DNA from: Selaginella moellendorffii
Taxonomy: Eukaryota > Plantae > Lycopodiophyta
DNA length: 64,000 bases
Direction of reading: 5' to 3'
Assembly (NCBI RefSeq): GCF_000143415.4
Contig: NW_003314275.1
Span: 2,612,173 to 2,676,172 of the forward strand
A program made the position numbers and the translations under genes. This document shows, piece after piece, positions 12,729 to 27,649 of the stretch. Each line of letters begins with the position of its first letter. Positions within the stretch are counted from its first letter, which is position 1. The notes beneath the pieces were generated by a model that saw only the letters and a list, made by a program, of their open reading frames with translations, was not told the DNA's origin and made no database searches.

Positions 12729-15521
12729 ATGGATGCCGTGGCGGAGGGGCTATGGATCTTGGCGGATAGGTTTGAGCAGAGTGGAAATATTTCGCAGGCG
12801 GTCAAATGCTTGGAGGCGATTTGCCAGAGCCGCAGCCCTTTCCTGCCGATCGTGGAGGTCAAGACGCGGCTCCAGCTCGCTACTGTGCTCCTCAACTACA
12901 CAGACAATCTACTGCACGCTAAGAATCATCTGGAACGAGCGGTACGTTGCTAGAATTTTTTTTCCTTTCCTTTTGCTTTACGTTCTAGTGCTAGTCTTGC
13001 ATGATAGCATCTTAGTTCTTTGGATTTCCATGAGTGACAACGTTTTTTTTCTTTTTCCAGCAACTACTGTTGAAGCAAATACCCTCGTGCTTTGAGCTCA
13101 AATGCCGAGCATACAGTCTACTCAGTCGGTGCTATCATCTCGTGGGGACGATCGGTCCCCAGAAGCAAGTTCTCAAGAAAGGATTGGATCTGGCTGTTAC
13201 TGGTGATGGGTAAGTTCTTCGAGTTTTTTAAACAAGTTTCTGATGCTTTATGTTGATTGTCAGATTGTCACCATTGTTATGGGTGTGCAACTTTAACTTA
13301 CAGCTTGCCAATGCCTTGACGATAGAGGGCGATTTTCCTAATGTCATCCGAGCCTTGGAAGCCGGGCTCGTGTATGCTTCGAAAGCTCAGTTTCCGCAGC
13401 TCCAGGTTTATTTTTCATGCTCTGAACGTTTTTTGTGTTGCCTAATCTTTTTCTTTTTGCAGCTACTGTTTGCAGTATCAATGCTTCACGTTCATCTTAT
13501 GGAAAGCGACAATCTAACCGCTCTGCAGCAAACTGTGAGCCTTTGCGACCAGCTTTGGGATCAACTTCCTCACCAAACGGTGAGACAACTACTTCAAAAC
13601 ACCTCTTGGAAGTTTTTTTTTTTTTTTACGCGCGCAACTTTTTGCAGAGGGAGCTGCATCCCGGACTACACGTCTACAACCAGCTGCTTCATGTCTTCTA
13701 CTTTCTGCGTGTATGCGATTACAAGGCAGCCTCCCATCACGTCGAGCTTTTGGATGCGGCGCTGTCTAGCAAGTATGAAACAGCCCGATTACAGTTGCTA
13801 GCTCCCGAAGAGAAACAAGCGTGCATGACGGCACTAGAAATGCAGGATCATGACTTACAGAAGGAGATGAAAATCCTGCAAGGGCAGCTGAAAGAACAGG
13901 GCATCCACGAGCAAAAAAGGAATGAGTTGGTTGGATTCTATCACGAGTTGGACCGTCAGCTAGAAGGACTCAAAGATCAGGAACGCTTCTACAAGTATCT
14001 CTTTTACGGCAACGCGTGGAAGCAGGAGAGCAAACTGCCACTGGGTGTTTTTCCACTCGATGGTGAGTGGCTGCCAACAGGTGCTGTGCTGATTTTGGTG
14101 GACTTGATGGCTGTGACATGCGCTCGTCCAAAAGGCATGTTTAAAGAAACGACGAAGCGTCTTCAATCTGGTCTAAGTATCGTGAACGGTAAGATAGCTT
14201 CTTGGATTGTGATACAATTTTACAGCGTTGATGTGCAGGAGAACTTGGAAAGCTGGGAATCACATCATCTACTCAAGGTATTTCTTGAATTAAACAGCGT
14301 TTTAATGCCATTTTGTTTTTTTTTTTTAACCTCAGAAACTCATTTACCGCACTGGAGCATATGGATGGCCGGCGTATATCTTGTGCTTCAGTTCCAGCTT
14401 CTAGAAAACAAAATCCTGATTGACCTGACACGAACTGAGTTTATGGACGCTCAAAAGGCAAGTTTCTTTTCACTGCTGACCCTGAGACGTTTTTTTGTTT
14501 AGGCTTTGATGGAGGTGCTGGATCTCTACTTTCGATTTCCAACGATTCTTCAAGGTTGTGAAAGCTCAATTCACATGCTCTTGGGCCACTACGCACATTC
14601 TGTTGGCTGCTTTCAGGAGGGAGCTCTGCATTTCATCGAAGCTGCTAAGGTAACATCGTGTCTACGTTTCTTTTACACTGAATGCGTACGTGACAGCTTA
14701 CTGAGAGTAAAGCCTTGAAAGCCTTATGCCATGTTTATTCGGCTATATCTCTTATCTGCTTGGGTGACGCCGACTCGTGTTCCCAGGTATGTAAACTTCC
14801 CGTCCTCGCATGTACAGAAAGTTAGATACTTCCCTATCAATGCAGGCTCTTGACTTAATAGGACCTGTCTATAGATCCATGGATTCTTTCATTGGAGTTC
14901 GAGAGAAGACGCTAGTGCTCTTCGCATCAGGTCTTCTGCAAATGAAGCAACATAACCCGCAAGAAGCACGGTACATACTCGCTAGTTTCTGTGCTTGGCA
15001 TTAAGATGAGCTTTCTACTATGGTGTTTCAGGACACGGCTTGCTAATGGACTAAAACTAACTCACAAACAACTCGGCAACCATCAACTGGTTTCCCAATA
15101 CCTTACTGTGCTCGGAAGCCTGGCCCTTGCTATCCATGACACCTCGCAGGCCTTGGACATCCTCAAATCGTCGTTTACACTGGCGAAGGCTCTTCACGAT
15201 GTTTCAGGACAGATTGGTGTCCTAACGGAATTAACCGGTTTGAACTCTCTCTCTTCTCTCCCTCTCGCTGTAGGTGATCCTCTTCCTCTTTTCGTTTTCC
15301 AGCTTTGTACAGGGAACTTGGCGAAGGTGCAAAGCTCCAAGAAAACTTCCAATTCGAGGAACGCAAAGTGGAGGAGCTCGCACGGCATATCCAGACTGCT
15401 GTGTCGTCGAGCCACCACATGTATCTTTTAAAGGTTCGTTCCTCATCGATTTCTCACTCGCTCGTCGATTTCTCACACTTTTCTTTTCTCTCTCCAGCAC
15501 GGTCTGAACAAGGAAACTTAG
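12729..15521 (+). CDS. SCC4: Cohesin loader subunit SCC4/MAU2 (TPR)
   Basis: MDAVAEGLWILAD...AVKCLEAICQS...FLPIVEVKTRL, PSCFELKCRAYSLLSRCYH, LDGEWLP, RFPTILQGCES, GNHQLVSQYLTVLGSLAL. Many short introns. Confidence 0.93.
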
Positions 15522-15606
15522 GACTCATTCACTTGACTGATCGACTCCTCTTTTCCCCCCATGCGAGGTAAACCGAAAGGTTGTACACAAGTTCTTACAA
15601 AAACTT

Positions 15607-17822
<2,216 letters not shown>

Positions 17823-18060
17823 GGATTGCTGCTCCAATTCCTCATCTATATCGCTTCGCCATCGTCATACCTATTGCCGATTCCATCGCGATCCATGAAA
17901 TGGAGGAAAGAAGCCGCTGGTCGTTGGCACTTCCTAGCCCTAGGACATTTTCTAGGGCAAAAACACGTGGATGGCTTGTTTGCATGCCACGTGGCTAAGC
18001 TGGGATGCTCGATTTAGTCCCCGTGGCGGCACGATGTGGGATTAGGGTTCTTGGGAAGTG

Positions 18061-19401
18061 ATGGCGCCTACGGATGCTGTTCTAGCTGTGATTCGCGCCT
18101 CGCGGCCGCAATTCCGGTCGCCACACGATCGTGTAGCGTTTGCGCTACACGCCGCATTCCTGGCGAGCGGGTATTCACTCGGAGCGACTGGATCGGCGGC
18201 GGCGGCGTCGGGGGCTTCTTCGGGTAGGGATTTGTATGGCTTGGGAGCTGTCTGATGTTTTTGGTGTCTTCGTGAAGAGCAAGAGGTCGGGATCGATGGA
18301 TGGAATGAGCTGGAAAATGCGTACGCGTTCAAGTATTTCACTGATGAGAAGGATTTGCCCAAGAGCGTGGACGTGAAATGCACTGCCATCGGTGACATGC
18401 TGATGGTGGATGCGGCTGTGGAAGGAGGAAATGATTTGTTCCATCTGGAGATCAAGTAAGTGGCGATCTCGAAGAATCATCTTTGTGTTTGTTCTTATAC
18501 TATCTATCCAAGGGTCACTGATTTTGCGAAAGATTCTGATACTGGGAATTACGCCCAGCAATACAAGGACCTGGATGGAATCGTGAAGATTGTGAATTCT
18601 CAAGTTCTCTCGAAGTGCTCGACGAAACCACCGGAACCAGCGACCTCAACCAGGTATGTTTCAAGTTCTTTTCGATATTTTTTCTATTTTCCTCTTTCGC
18701 AAATCCAGGGAAACAGGAAAATTGATGATCGATGACGAGACCCTGTCTGTTCCTAGGCAAGTTCGTCTTTTTTTTTTCTTTGTTTTGCTGCTTCTATCGT
18801 GCTCTTTCTCAGTGTCTCGAAAACTAAGTTCTTTGCGTTGCAGGAGGCCATATCCTGCTACTCCTGGAGTGAGCCTAATTGGGAGACCTGTAGGCCTCAA
18901 TGATCTCTTACCAGGACCAGGAGTTGGTGTTTTCGATCATCACAGGTTTCTTTTTCTTTTTCCTTACACGAAGAATTGCAAACTTACCTCAGGAAAGACA
19001 GCACTCTCGAGAGTGGCGAGGCCGGAAGTCTTGTAGGTGAGTACTTGTATTGCTAGAAATCGGCAAGCTGACATCGACAATGGAAAATGTGTAGGACCTG
19101 GGCATCCCGTCTGGGGAAACGTTCCTCCCGGTCATGACGATCCTTCTGGATTAACGTGAGTTTCCCTGGTTGATCTTTCCAGTGTTCTTACCAATCTTCT
19201 CTTTGTTCATCGTTTTCCAGGCGTCCACAGGGTGCTCGATTCGATCCTTTTGGTCCTCCGGGAGTTCCTGGATTTGAGCCACAACGTTTTGGAAGGTGAG
19301 TAGATAAGTGCTACCAGATTTCTCGCTTGGATTGATTTTTCTTGCGTGGTTTTACCAGAGGAGGTGGTCGAGGCGATATCCAGCACTTTCCAAACTTTTG
19401 A
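18061..19401 (+). CDS. PI31: Proteasome inhibitor PI31 (PSMF1-like)
   Basis: MAPTDAVLAVIRASRPQFRSPHDRVAFALHAAFL, EVGIDGWNE, Pro/Gly-rich tail with GARFDPFGPPGVPGFEP, C-terminal QHFPNF*. Confidence 0.92.
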
Positions 19402-19735
19402 TGAGGAGCCTAGCAATGAAAGATCAATGGACTAGGAAAGGAATGTAAATATAAGTTCTTGTAGACGAACGGAATCGAAACGATGACCTTGTCGGTCAAA
19501 GCGTTATAGGATTCGAACCGCGATGCCTGGAAACCCTAAAAGGCGGCAAAATGTGCTATGGAGGAAGGCGTCGTTCGGCGCCAGGTAATGAGAGGGAGTG
19601 GCGAGTGGAAGCTGGTGACACGATGGCAGGCGATGTGCTGCTGCGGCATTCTTTGGATCTCTCCGGCAACGCTGCCATTGCGCCTAGATTCCAGAAGTTC
19701 CTGGCCGGGCTCGCGGCAGCTCAGGAATCGGCTCC

Positions 19736-21622
19736 ATGGAGCTGCCAGGGGGAAATTCGCAGGACGGCTCCTCCGGATCGCAGCGCAGCTCCAGCGATCC
19801 CACTGCGCGATCGTCGGATCGCGGCGGCGGTAGCTCAGCGTCTGGATCGGGGGATTCTTACCACTATCAGCCGGCGGCATCGGGTTCATCGGGCTCCCAG
19901 CCAGCGGGAGCATCGAATTCCGGCTCTGGATCGCGCTCTGGATCTTACGGGCCAGCCGAGAACTCTGGATCAGGCTCTGGATTGGGGTATTACCAAGACG
20001 CGCAGCTCTCTGGCTCTGGATCAGGGTCTGGTGGAGCTGGCTCTGGATCGGGCTCGGGATCTGGTGGATACTACCAAGGAGTCGACCATTCTGGCTCTGG
20101 ATCTGGCTCATCTGGTCGATATTATCAGCCAGCGGAGGGATCCTCCTCTCCGTCTGGATCTCACCAGGCAGTAGATGCTGGATCTTATGGCTCTGGATCG
20201 CACCGACCGGGAGGCTCTAGCTCGGAGCATCACAGCAGCTCCGAGACCAAGCAGACGAGCTCGTCAAGGACAGGGAGCTCGTCTGTGACTTGGCACGAGA
20301 CTGTGGATGCTCCAAAGCTTTCGGAGGAGGACGAAGCCAGCCGGAGGAGCTCGTCCCTCTTTGGCGAGGAGATCTCCAAGTCGACGACGGATTCCAACCG
20401 CAGCTCCCTCCGGCGTTTCAAAGAGGGCAGCAAGATGTTTGCCGGTTTCATCGAGGACGCTGATGGGCTCCAGCCCAGCGATGATATGCTGCCTCCCATG
20501 ACCTGGGAGGAGAAGTGCGAGATCATCGAGGAGCTTTGCCTGGCTCTGGAGAAGCGGCTCGATAGGCTCAAGAACGACAAGGATGGCATTTTAGATGGCT
20601 TGAAGAACTACTTCGACGTTGCGGAGCACACATGTGGCATGGCCAGGAAGGATCGCGTGGAGATGCAAAGGAATGTGATCCAGTTTGCGGAGCTTCTCAA
20701 TCCTTCGAAGAAGCCTTACTCGGAAGATATGCTCAGGTATCTCTTTCTTTTCTAAAAGTCTTTATTTGTGTGAAACTCATCTACAGGTATCTCAATGGAA
20801 GAATACTCGATAAAAGGTTGCTCAAGGAGAAGCTCCAGCAAAGAATCAAGCGACTTGAGAAGATGGTTGCAACAGCAACGGTACAACTCGAGTCTAAGCT
20901 TGATGTCCGGGAGTTACTCCACGATTCGGACTTTAAGGAGATGAGGAATTTGAATGAAGACCTCGCAAACCAGCTTGATGCGCGAGCTCGTTTGCTTGAC
21001 AAATCGCGGCATGTGAGTAGGAAGATAGCCCAGGTATGCTTTCTAATTATGATCACTTGAAGGATGAAAACAAACCATGGTGTTGTTTGTAGGCTGCTAA
21101 AGCATTACGCGAAGAAATGGACAGTAAAGCCGTAGCGAAAGTGTCTATGCGGCAAAGTCTAACAGATCGTTCACCGCTGGTTGGAAAGCTTCAAGACCTT
21201 ATAACAAGCGAGTACAAGGAAAAGGTTTGGAGTGTCAAATTCTTTCTAGTGCCGCTAACTCTTGGATGTACCTCGTGTTGCCAGGATAGGTTGCATCTGG
21301 AGCTTCTCGCGTTTGTCAAGGGTGAGGATTTGAGGCCTACCGCGATCGAGTACATGAAGATAAAACAGCGCTCCAAGTCTATCCGTAGGGAGCTGTACAA
21401 CTGGTTAGCAAAGGTTTGTAGCAAAAACCATTTCGAGGTGTTCCTGTATTCATATTTTCTCCTGTCTCAGGTGGAGATCGCAGAAATGAAGCACAGCCAG
21501 CTGACCAAGAACATTGTAATGCTTGAAACTGAAACTACTGCCTCGAATTCGGTGAGTTGCCTCCAGCTTTTACGCACTAAAGTTTCTCACGGTCTCGAAA
21601 CTTTCAGCAGTTTCAAGGATGA
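19736..21622 (+). CDS. Gly/Ser-rich N-terminus plus CCDC113/CFAP263-like (DUF4201) cilia-associated coiled-coil protein
   Basis: EKLQQRIKRL...ELLHDSDFKEMRNLNEDLANQLDAR and PTAIEYMKIKQ...ELYNWLAKVEIAEM resemble CCDC113/CCDC96 motifs. The last exon may end at 21622 (spliced) or 21644 (unspliced). Confidence 0.65.
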
Positions 21623-22506
21623 GGATTGGCCTCCACAAGCTTGAAGAGCTCGTCACTGATGCCAAAGCCAATCACTTGCATCATCGCGTTCGTTTTGGCT
21701 TGCGGGTTGGCGACACCCCGCGCCTTGAGCCAGCTATAAACCGTGAAGAGCTTGCTCATCGCAAAGAGTTCCTGCGCCTCCGGATTGTAGACGACGCCAA
21801 GCCTCTGGCTCATCTGGTGTGGAACAAGCATGGCCGTGTAGCGAGCAAGCTCCCCGCTCCTCCAGTCGAGCACCACCGGCAGCCATGGATACGCAGCATC
21901 CAGACGAAGAAACCACAGCCTGAGATCAGGTAATTCGGACAACTCTCTCGGATCGACAGGATCATCCCTCTCGTAGTTGATGACGAATCCTACTGTCTTT
22001 TGCAGCAGCTCGTTTGGATCGCTGGCCGGATCCGTGGCGTTGTCTCCTGTTCCACGAATCGAGATGTAAGCTCACCAACTTTAATCTTCCATCTCTCTTA
22101 CCGATTCGATGCACGTACTTTCTCAGCAGGACGTGAGCCGGCGACAAATCCAAGCGACGAACAGTCTCCTTGTCGATGGTGATCTCGAATCGCCCGGGTG
22201 TTGGAGGAGGAGCCGGATTTAAATTCGGAGCTGTGGAGAGATGGACGAAAGGTCACTACTCCAATGCCAGGGAGAAGGATTTGAGCGACAGGAGAGGTAC
22301 TAACGTTCGTCGTCGTCTTGGAGCGAGAAATCATCGAGCTTCCCGGTTGGATTGGACACACAATTTGGAGGAGACGACCATCGGAGCCTTACCCGGGCTT
22401 TAGTGGTATCGCCCAATGCGCCAAATCGATGCTGGGTTGCTGCTACTGTGGTAGAAATCGAGAATGGTGGCGAGGGAAACCGAGTGGATGCTGGAATAGC
22501 AGCCAT
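21613..22506 (-). CDS. CRR6: Chlororespiratory reduction 6 (DUF1817), NDH assembly factor
   Basis: Transit peptide MAAIPASTRFP...; DPRELSELPDLRLWFLRLDAAYPWLPVVLDWRSGELARYTAMLVPHQMS. Confidence 0.93.
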
Positions 22507-22720
22507 AGCTCCCCTGTTTTTAGGGTTCTTTAAAAAATTTACCAAAGGGCTAACTTGCCATCGGGGGCAAATATTCCATTTTTTAAGAATATTCAGTTTA
22601 GTATACTGAAGATGCTAGACTTTACATTAACGGTCGATCTAGAGTCCGGACGAGCACCATCGCGGATTGGATAGAAATCAGGCAGCAAGCAAACAGCTAT
22701 GGCGCCTGAGCTCAGGAAGA

Positions 22721-25304
22721 ATGGAGATTGTGTTCTACGATCTGGAGACGAGCATGCCAGAGGGCCAGGAACAGTGCCGAGAGATTCTAGAGTTTGGGGC
22801 TGTGGTATTATCGGCAAAGGGATTAGAAGAATTCTTTCACCACGCGGATTCGCCCTTCTGTGATCAACTCTAGAAATGCAGCCGGCACCAGCAGTTGCGC
22901 GCTTAGTTTCTCTGAGATTGCTGATCGAGTCTATGAGCTACTGCACGGTAAGCTCGCGATCTTTGTTCTTGAGATTGCTCATGTGAAGGATTTGAGCAAG
23001 CAGGGCGGGGCACAATATCTGCGGATTCGACAATGTTCGGATCATAAAAAAATCTTGTGGGTTGGGTTTGGCTCCATGCTCTCTGTTGGAATACCACGAC
23101 TAGGAGTCGACGATCCAGCCGAGAGAGTTGCAGAGTCCTTGACATCCTCAAACAGCATCACGCACAGCTGCACCCAGCCGCATAGATTCCTCATGTAATC
23201 CCTCTTGCTTGTGACGAGCTTGTTCAAGCAGCTGTACCAATTGTCTAGCGATGCCTCAAGCTGTGATGTTGCCAAGTGATGCTCGTCACTTCCACTGAGC
23301 CCAATAGACAATCAAGAGGCTTCATCCAGCTCACCACCGCATACTACTTCTCGTGGACAACATAGAGCTCGGCCCACATTTCAGTCAACCTGGAACAACG
23401 ACCCATCCTCAGGGAATATTCTTGTCTAAATTGAGTACCATGTTAAACTTAATATGGAGAAAAAGATAGTCAAGGCCACTATGGAATCATCATCCCCGGG
23501 GAAGGCCGAGATAGTAGAGGATCTCCAATGCATAACCATGGCAATCTCTTTCACAACCAAGTTCTGGTACTGGTGGCCCTCGATGCGGATTTCCAGGAAC
23601 TCCATGCTCCAGTGCTGGGCAGCACTTACCTCATGGTTGGTTGCGCATGCTAGCCACGGCAATCTTGAGCGGGCGGAGGAGCCCCTTAGCCTGGAATGCA
23701 TTGTGCCGAAACCAGGCGTTTGGCCAAAGTACCGATGTTTGATGGTCTTCTTGCTCCCGATATTGTCTCTTGGAATCCCATGTTTGCCTCTTTTGCCTTC
23801 TTTACCTTCTCGCTGATGTGGAACTCCTTCTCACAGTTAGTGGTGCAAATAGAGAGCCACTTAGCATTCTGGGATGATAATGACTAAGATGACGAAGAGA
23901 GCAGAGAAATCTCTCCATTTCTTTTTTTGAGCTAGAAGATTTCTTCTTTGAGGTCTCTACTAAGGGTTCTTATAAAAGCGAGCAAACAGTGCGTTTCTTC
24001 TTCTCCCAGTTCAGGGTGTCTCGCCTCTTGTAGAAACAAGTCCAGCCGTTCCCAATCTTCTGGCCAAAGTGAACTTCAAACAACTTCAAACCAGGCTCCC
24101 TTTGCTAGCATCGGCAGGCCGATGCCTGAAGCTGCTGGCTTCATCGATACGCTCCCGCTTCTGCAGAGAACATTTGGACAAAGAGCTAGAAATCTTAAGG
24201 TACATGCTTGCTGCTCAATCTTTCAAGTTGATGATGCCTGTTTGGTTGAGCAGTTGAGCACACTGGCCGCTTATTTCAGTCTTGGAAAGCAAGAACACAG
24301 GTTCCTTCTGTTTTCAATTTTGCACATGTAGAGTCGAGCTTTGCTTGTGTTGCTCAGGAGCCTTCCGGATGTCCGGATGAACATTAAGGTGCTTAAGCGG
24401 TGCGCGACTGTGCTGCTTCTGGTATTCTAGGATCAAGCTGCTGTTTGTAGATCTTACTCCATTTATCTGCAGGAATCCAACTTCCCACATTTATTTCAAT
24501 CTTCGCCTCAGGCTCCACAGAAGCGTCGAAGGTCCAGCTATGGGGGTGGTGATGATTTCAGGCTGGTCACTTTATCATTGGAGGAAGCAATGCTGCAACT
24601 CGAAGGTGGCGAATGTGAAGCAATAGATCCAAAGATGCAAAATGAAGAACAGGAGGTGAAACGTAAGCTCAAATTTGAGACAGGAGAAGATCATAACAGG
24701 TTCCTTCAGCCTCATGAAGTGTTACTGGATTCAGTCGGTGCTGTTTATGATGGAGGCCCGTCGGTGATTCCCTTCCATGGCTCCAATCGGCTTTGTGTTC
24801 AGGCGGACAATTCAAAAGTCAAGTTCAGCGTCAGTGACAGATACGCATTCAGTGAGACTGGAATGCCAACATTTAAGATTGTCATCATCCCCAGCGCGGA
24901 GCTACTAGCCATTGTCAAGCACTGCGAAGCTGCTGTGAAGAACAAGTGCGCCTTATTCGGCATCAATGCAAAATGGCAGCCTGCTTTGTTTGTGACAAAG
25001 GATGGGCACGAAGCAATTCGAATCAGGTGATTTGCCTTTCAAAACTTTCTCTTGGAAATATAACAAAACGAGCATTTGATTGGGCAGAATCGGGACGAAC
25101 GGTGAGGGAAGCAGCGCAACTTACACGACCAAGCTGTACAGGAACTTGCAGGAGGTATCACTAGGAAGCGTCGATCCAAAGTCGTTTCGAGAAATCGTAC
25201 CAGCCGATTACATAGTGGATGCCGCTATACAATTCGATGCTTACGCCTTCGAAAGAGGAAGCGCAGGCCTGAAATTGCTAGCTGAAAAGCTCAACCTGCA
25301 CTGA
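22721..25304 (+). pseudogene. NEN: NEN-family (NAC45/86-dependent exonuclease, DEDDh) gene with a frameshift and a ~1 kb insertion
   Basis: MEIVFYDLET...ILEFGAV, then a frameshift before FTTRIRPS...FSEIADRVYELLHG. AGHNICGFD (~23005-23045) resumes at FASIGRP...IDTLPLLQRTFGQRA (~24098). HRSLPDVRMN exoIII motif present and the C-terminal exons are intact. Confidence 0.8.
23047..24097 (-). other. Inserted mosaic of gene fragments (DUF632-type fragment on minus strand, PPR-like fragment on plus strand)
   Basis: Minus strand: LTEMWAELYVVHEK* and HHLATSQLEASLDNWYSCLNKLVTSKRDYMRNLCGWVQLC (DUF632-like). Plus strand ~23720-23800: MFDGLLAPDIVSWNPMFASFA (PPR-like). Confidence 0.7.
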
Positions 25305-25648
25305 GTTGCTGTGGCTGCTTCGACTGATTCTGAAGTTTCTTCACCACCAAGTAAGATTTTATATTATACTCACAACTTGTAAATGTACAACAACGCTGGA
25401 TCTTCATTGAAGATACTCGCCTTCAACCCTCAACTGGATCCTCGTTCTAATTCTCCAAGATTGTTCGTCACCAAGAACCCTAAACCAGGCTTACGTGTCC
25501 AATATGTAAATCCCATTAACAAAAGTTTTAAATAACATGATTAAAAGGTAACAAAAGGGTTAGATAGCAAGGTTAAAGTAAAAACATATTCCAAAGATAC
25601 ACTAAAATGCTTGAGAATATGCCATCCCCTGCATTGTGGTTTTAGGGC

Positions 25649-26813
25649 ATGGCCGCGAGAGCAAGAGGCTTGGTGAGTAGAAGAAGACTCTCCTCTCTCT
25701 GGCGATCCGATATTTCATCCCACCGTAGTGTGTCCAGTGGTGCGGCAGCGATACAAAGATCATTCACGCGCGTGGCATTCGATTATCGCGCACCGGCGTC
25801 GGCGGCGCTGCGCGCTCCTCCCAGATTCTCATATGGTACTGTGAGCTCTGCTAGGGTTTGCATGAATCGATTTCTATCCTTGCAGGCCATCGACGGAGCT
25901 TGTTCATCCAGGTCCAGACTACTCCCAATCCCGCGTCGCTGATTTTCTCGCCCGGGAAGCCGGTCATGGAGATTGGCAGCTCGGATTTCCCCAATGCCAG
26001 GACGGCCATGAAATCTCCTCTCGCCAAGTCGTTATTTGGCATCGATGGTAAGACAAAGACTTGGAGCTCTGTGGCAGCTTTAGATTGGATTGATCTGGTC
26101 ATGTTGTAGGAGTTACTCGGGTGTTTTTCGGATCGGACTTCGTGACGGTGACGAAGTCGGATGATACGGAGTGGGACGTGCTCAAGCCGGAGGTCTTTGC
26201 AGCGATCATGGATTTTTACGCCTCTGGACAGCCACTCTTCTACTCTGCGCAAGTAGAAGCGCCTAAAGACACGGCGATCGAAGAGGTAAATCCTTGCTCC
26301 TGCAAGTTCCTCCTCCATTCCTAGTTTTTCTGCGAGTTCCTTCTTTTAGATTACCTTTCTCCTCCTAGTTTTTGTTCCTGTTCTTACTTTGGCTACTTGG
26401 CTTCTAGGGAGACGATGAAACCGTGGTGATGATCAAAGAGCTCCTCGAGACGCGAATACGTCCGGCTGTCAAGGACGATGGCGGTGACATTGAGTACCGT
26501 GGATTCGACAGGTAAAGTTTCTATATCTTTCTCAAGAAAAATTCAAAAAGGTAAATCCTTTTTTCTTCTCGTCGATCAGGGAGTCCGGGATCGTGGAGCT
26601 TAAGATGCAAGGTGCTTGCAGTGGCTGTCCAAGCTCGGCCGTGACGCTTAAGTCTGGAATCGAAAACATGCTCATGCATTACGTTCCAGAGGTAAAAATT
26701 GGATTTTTAGTTTGTTCCTCGCTAATTATTCTTCTCTACTTCGATGTATGTAGGTGAAGGGGGTGAAAGAAGTGAAAGACGACGACGAAGAAGAGAAAGC
26801 CGAAGGAGCTTAA
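25649..26813 (+). CDS. NFU4: Mitochondrial NifU-like Fe-S scaffold (NFU4/5-like)
   Basis: Arg-rich presequence, [58 protein letters not shown] CxxC motif. Confidence 0.95.
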
Positions 26814-26883
26814 CAAACGAAAGAGCAAAATTTATAGACACAGTTTTGACACTCTGGTAGATGTTGGGTAAAAAATAAAAAAA

Positions 26884-27001
26884 CCATTGTGAAAAAATAA
26901 CACAATCATAGTGAAAATATCACAAACATTGTTAAGGATACACGATCATAGTACATTGTGAAAAATATTACGATCATAGCGAAAATTTCACAAACATTGT
27001 T
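26884..27001. repeat. Degenerate tandem repeat (CATTGTGAAAA / ATCATAGTGAAAATATCACAAACATTGTT units)
   Basis: Two to three imperfect copies are visible in the intergenic spacer. Confidence 0.6.
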
Positions 27002-27156
27002 CTAACTAAAAGGTGACGCGTGTGTGCCAAGTGGCTTGTAGCAGATCGTCCACGTGCCAGGATAGTGCGGCTATAGGGAAGTTTTTCTGGGGAGTTTGTT
27101 CGCGAGGAAGTGATTCTTTTGCGAAAGATCAAGCAAAGAAGAAGGAGGTCGCGGCG

Positions 27157-27649
27157 ATGGCTTTGCGCGTGGCACTTGGCAAGAGTTTCCAGCGAGGAGC
27201 ACCAGCAACGAGAGCTTTCCAATGGCGATTCTTTTCGGTAAGCGATCGAGCAAGTTCCACTCGAATTCCACTCCTCTTCTCATGGTTTTGGATTCTTCTC
27301 ATGGCAGGCAAATCCGGAAACCAATCAGCCCGACACCGACCATGAGCACGGCAAGATGGTGAGCGAGGGCGGCGGCAGCGTCTCGTCCTTCAACGAGGCC
27401 AAGGAGGACGTGAAATCCAAGTCTGGCGGGATCGTGGAGGGGATCAAGCACCAGGTGGAGGTGGAGAAGAAGAACGCGAGGGAGATGATGGACGAGATGA
27501 AGGAGGTGCCGAAAAAGGCCGGGGAGACGACCGAGCAGCTCAAGGAGACGGTGGTGATCGCGGGTCAGGCGCTCAAGAAAGACGCCGAGAGGATCGCCGA
27601 GAAGGTTGGAGTCCGGGAGAGAAAACCCGGAGATCTGGAGAACGAGTAG
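27157..27649 (+). CDS. Small LEA-like, probably mitochondrial, protein
   Basis: Exon 1 27157-27237 encodes a presequence ending WRFFS; exon 2 27308-27649 is in frame and encodes a K/E/A-rich helical hydrophilic sequence. G-box/ABRE CCACGTGCC at ~27050. Confidence 0.75.

Noticed and set aside
19536-20174. ALDRALD and IQSQ repeat ORFs
   Set aside because: Shifted and antisense readings of the Gly/Ser-coding repeat.
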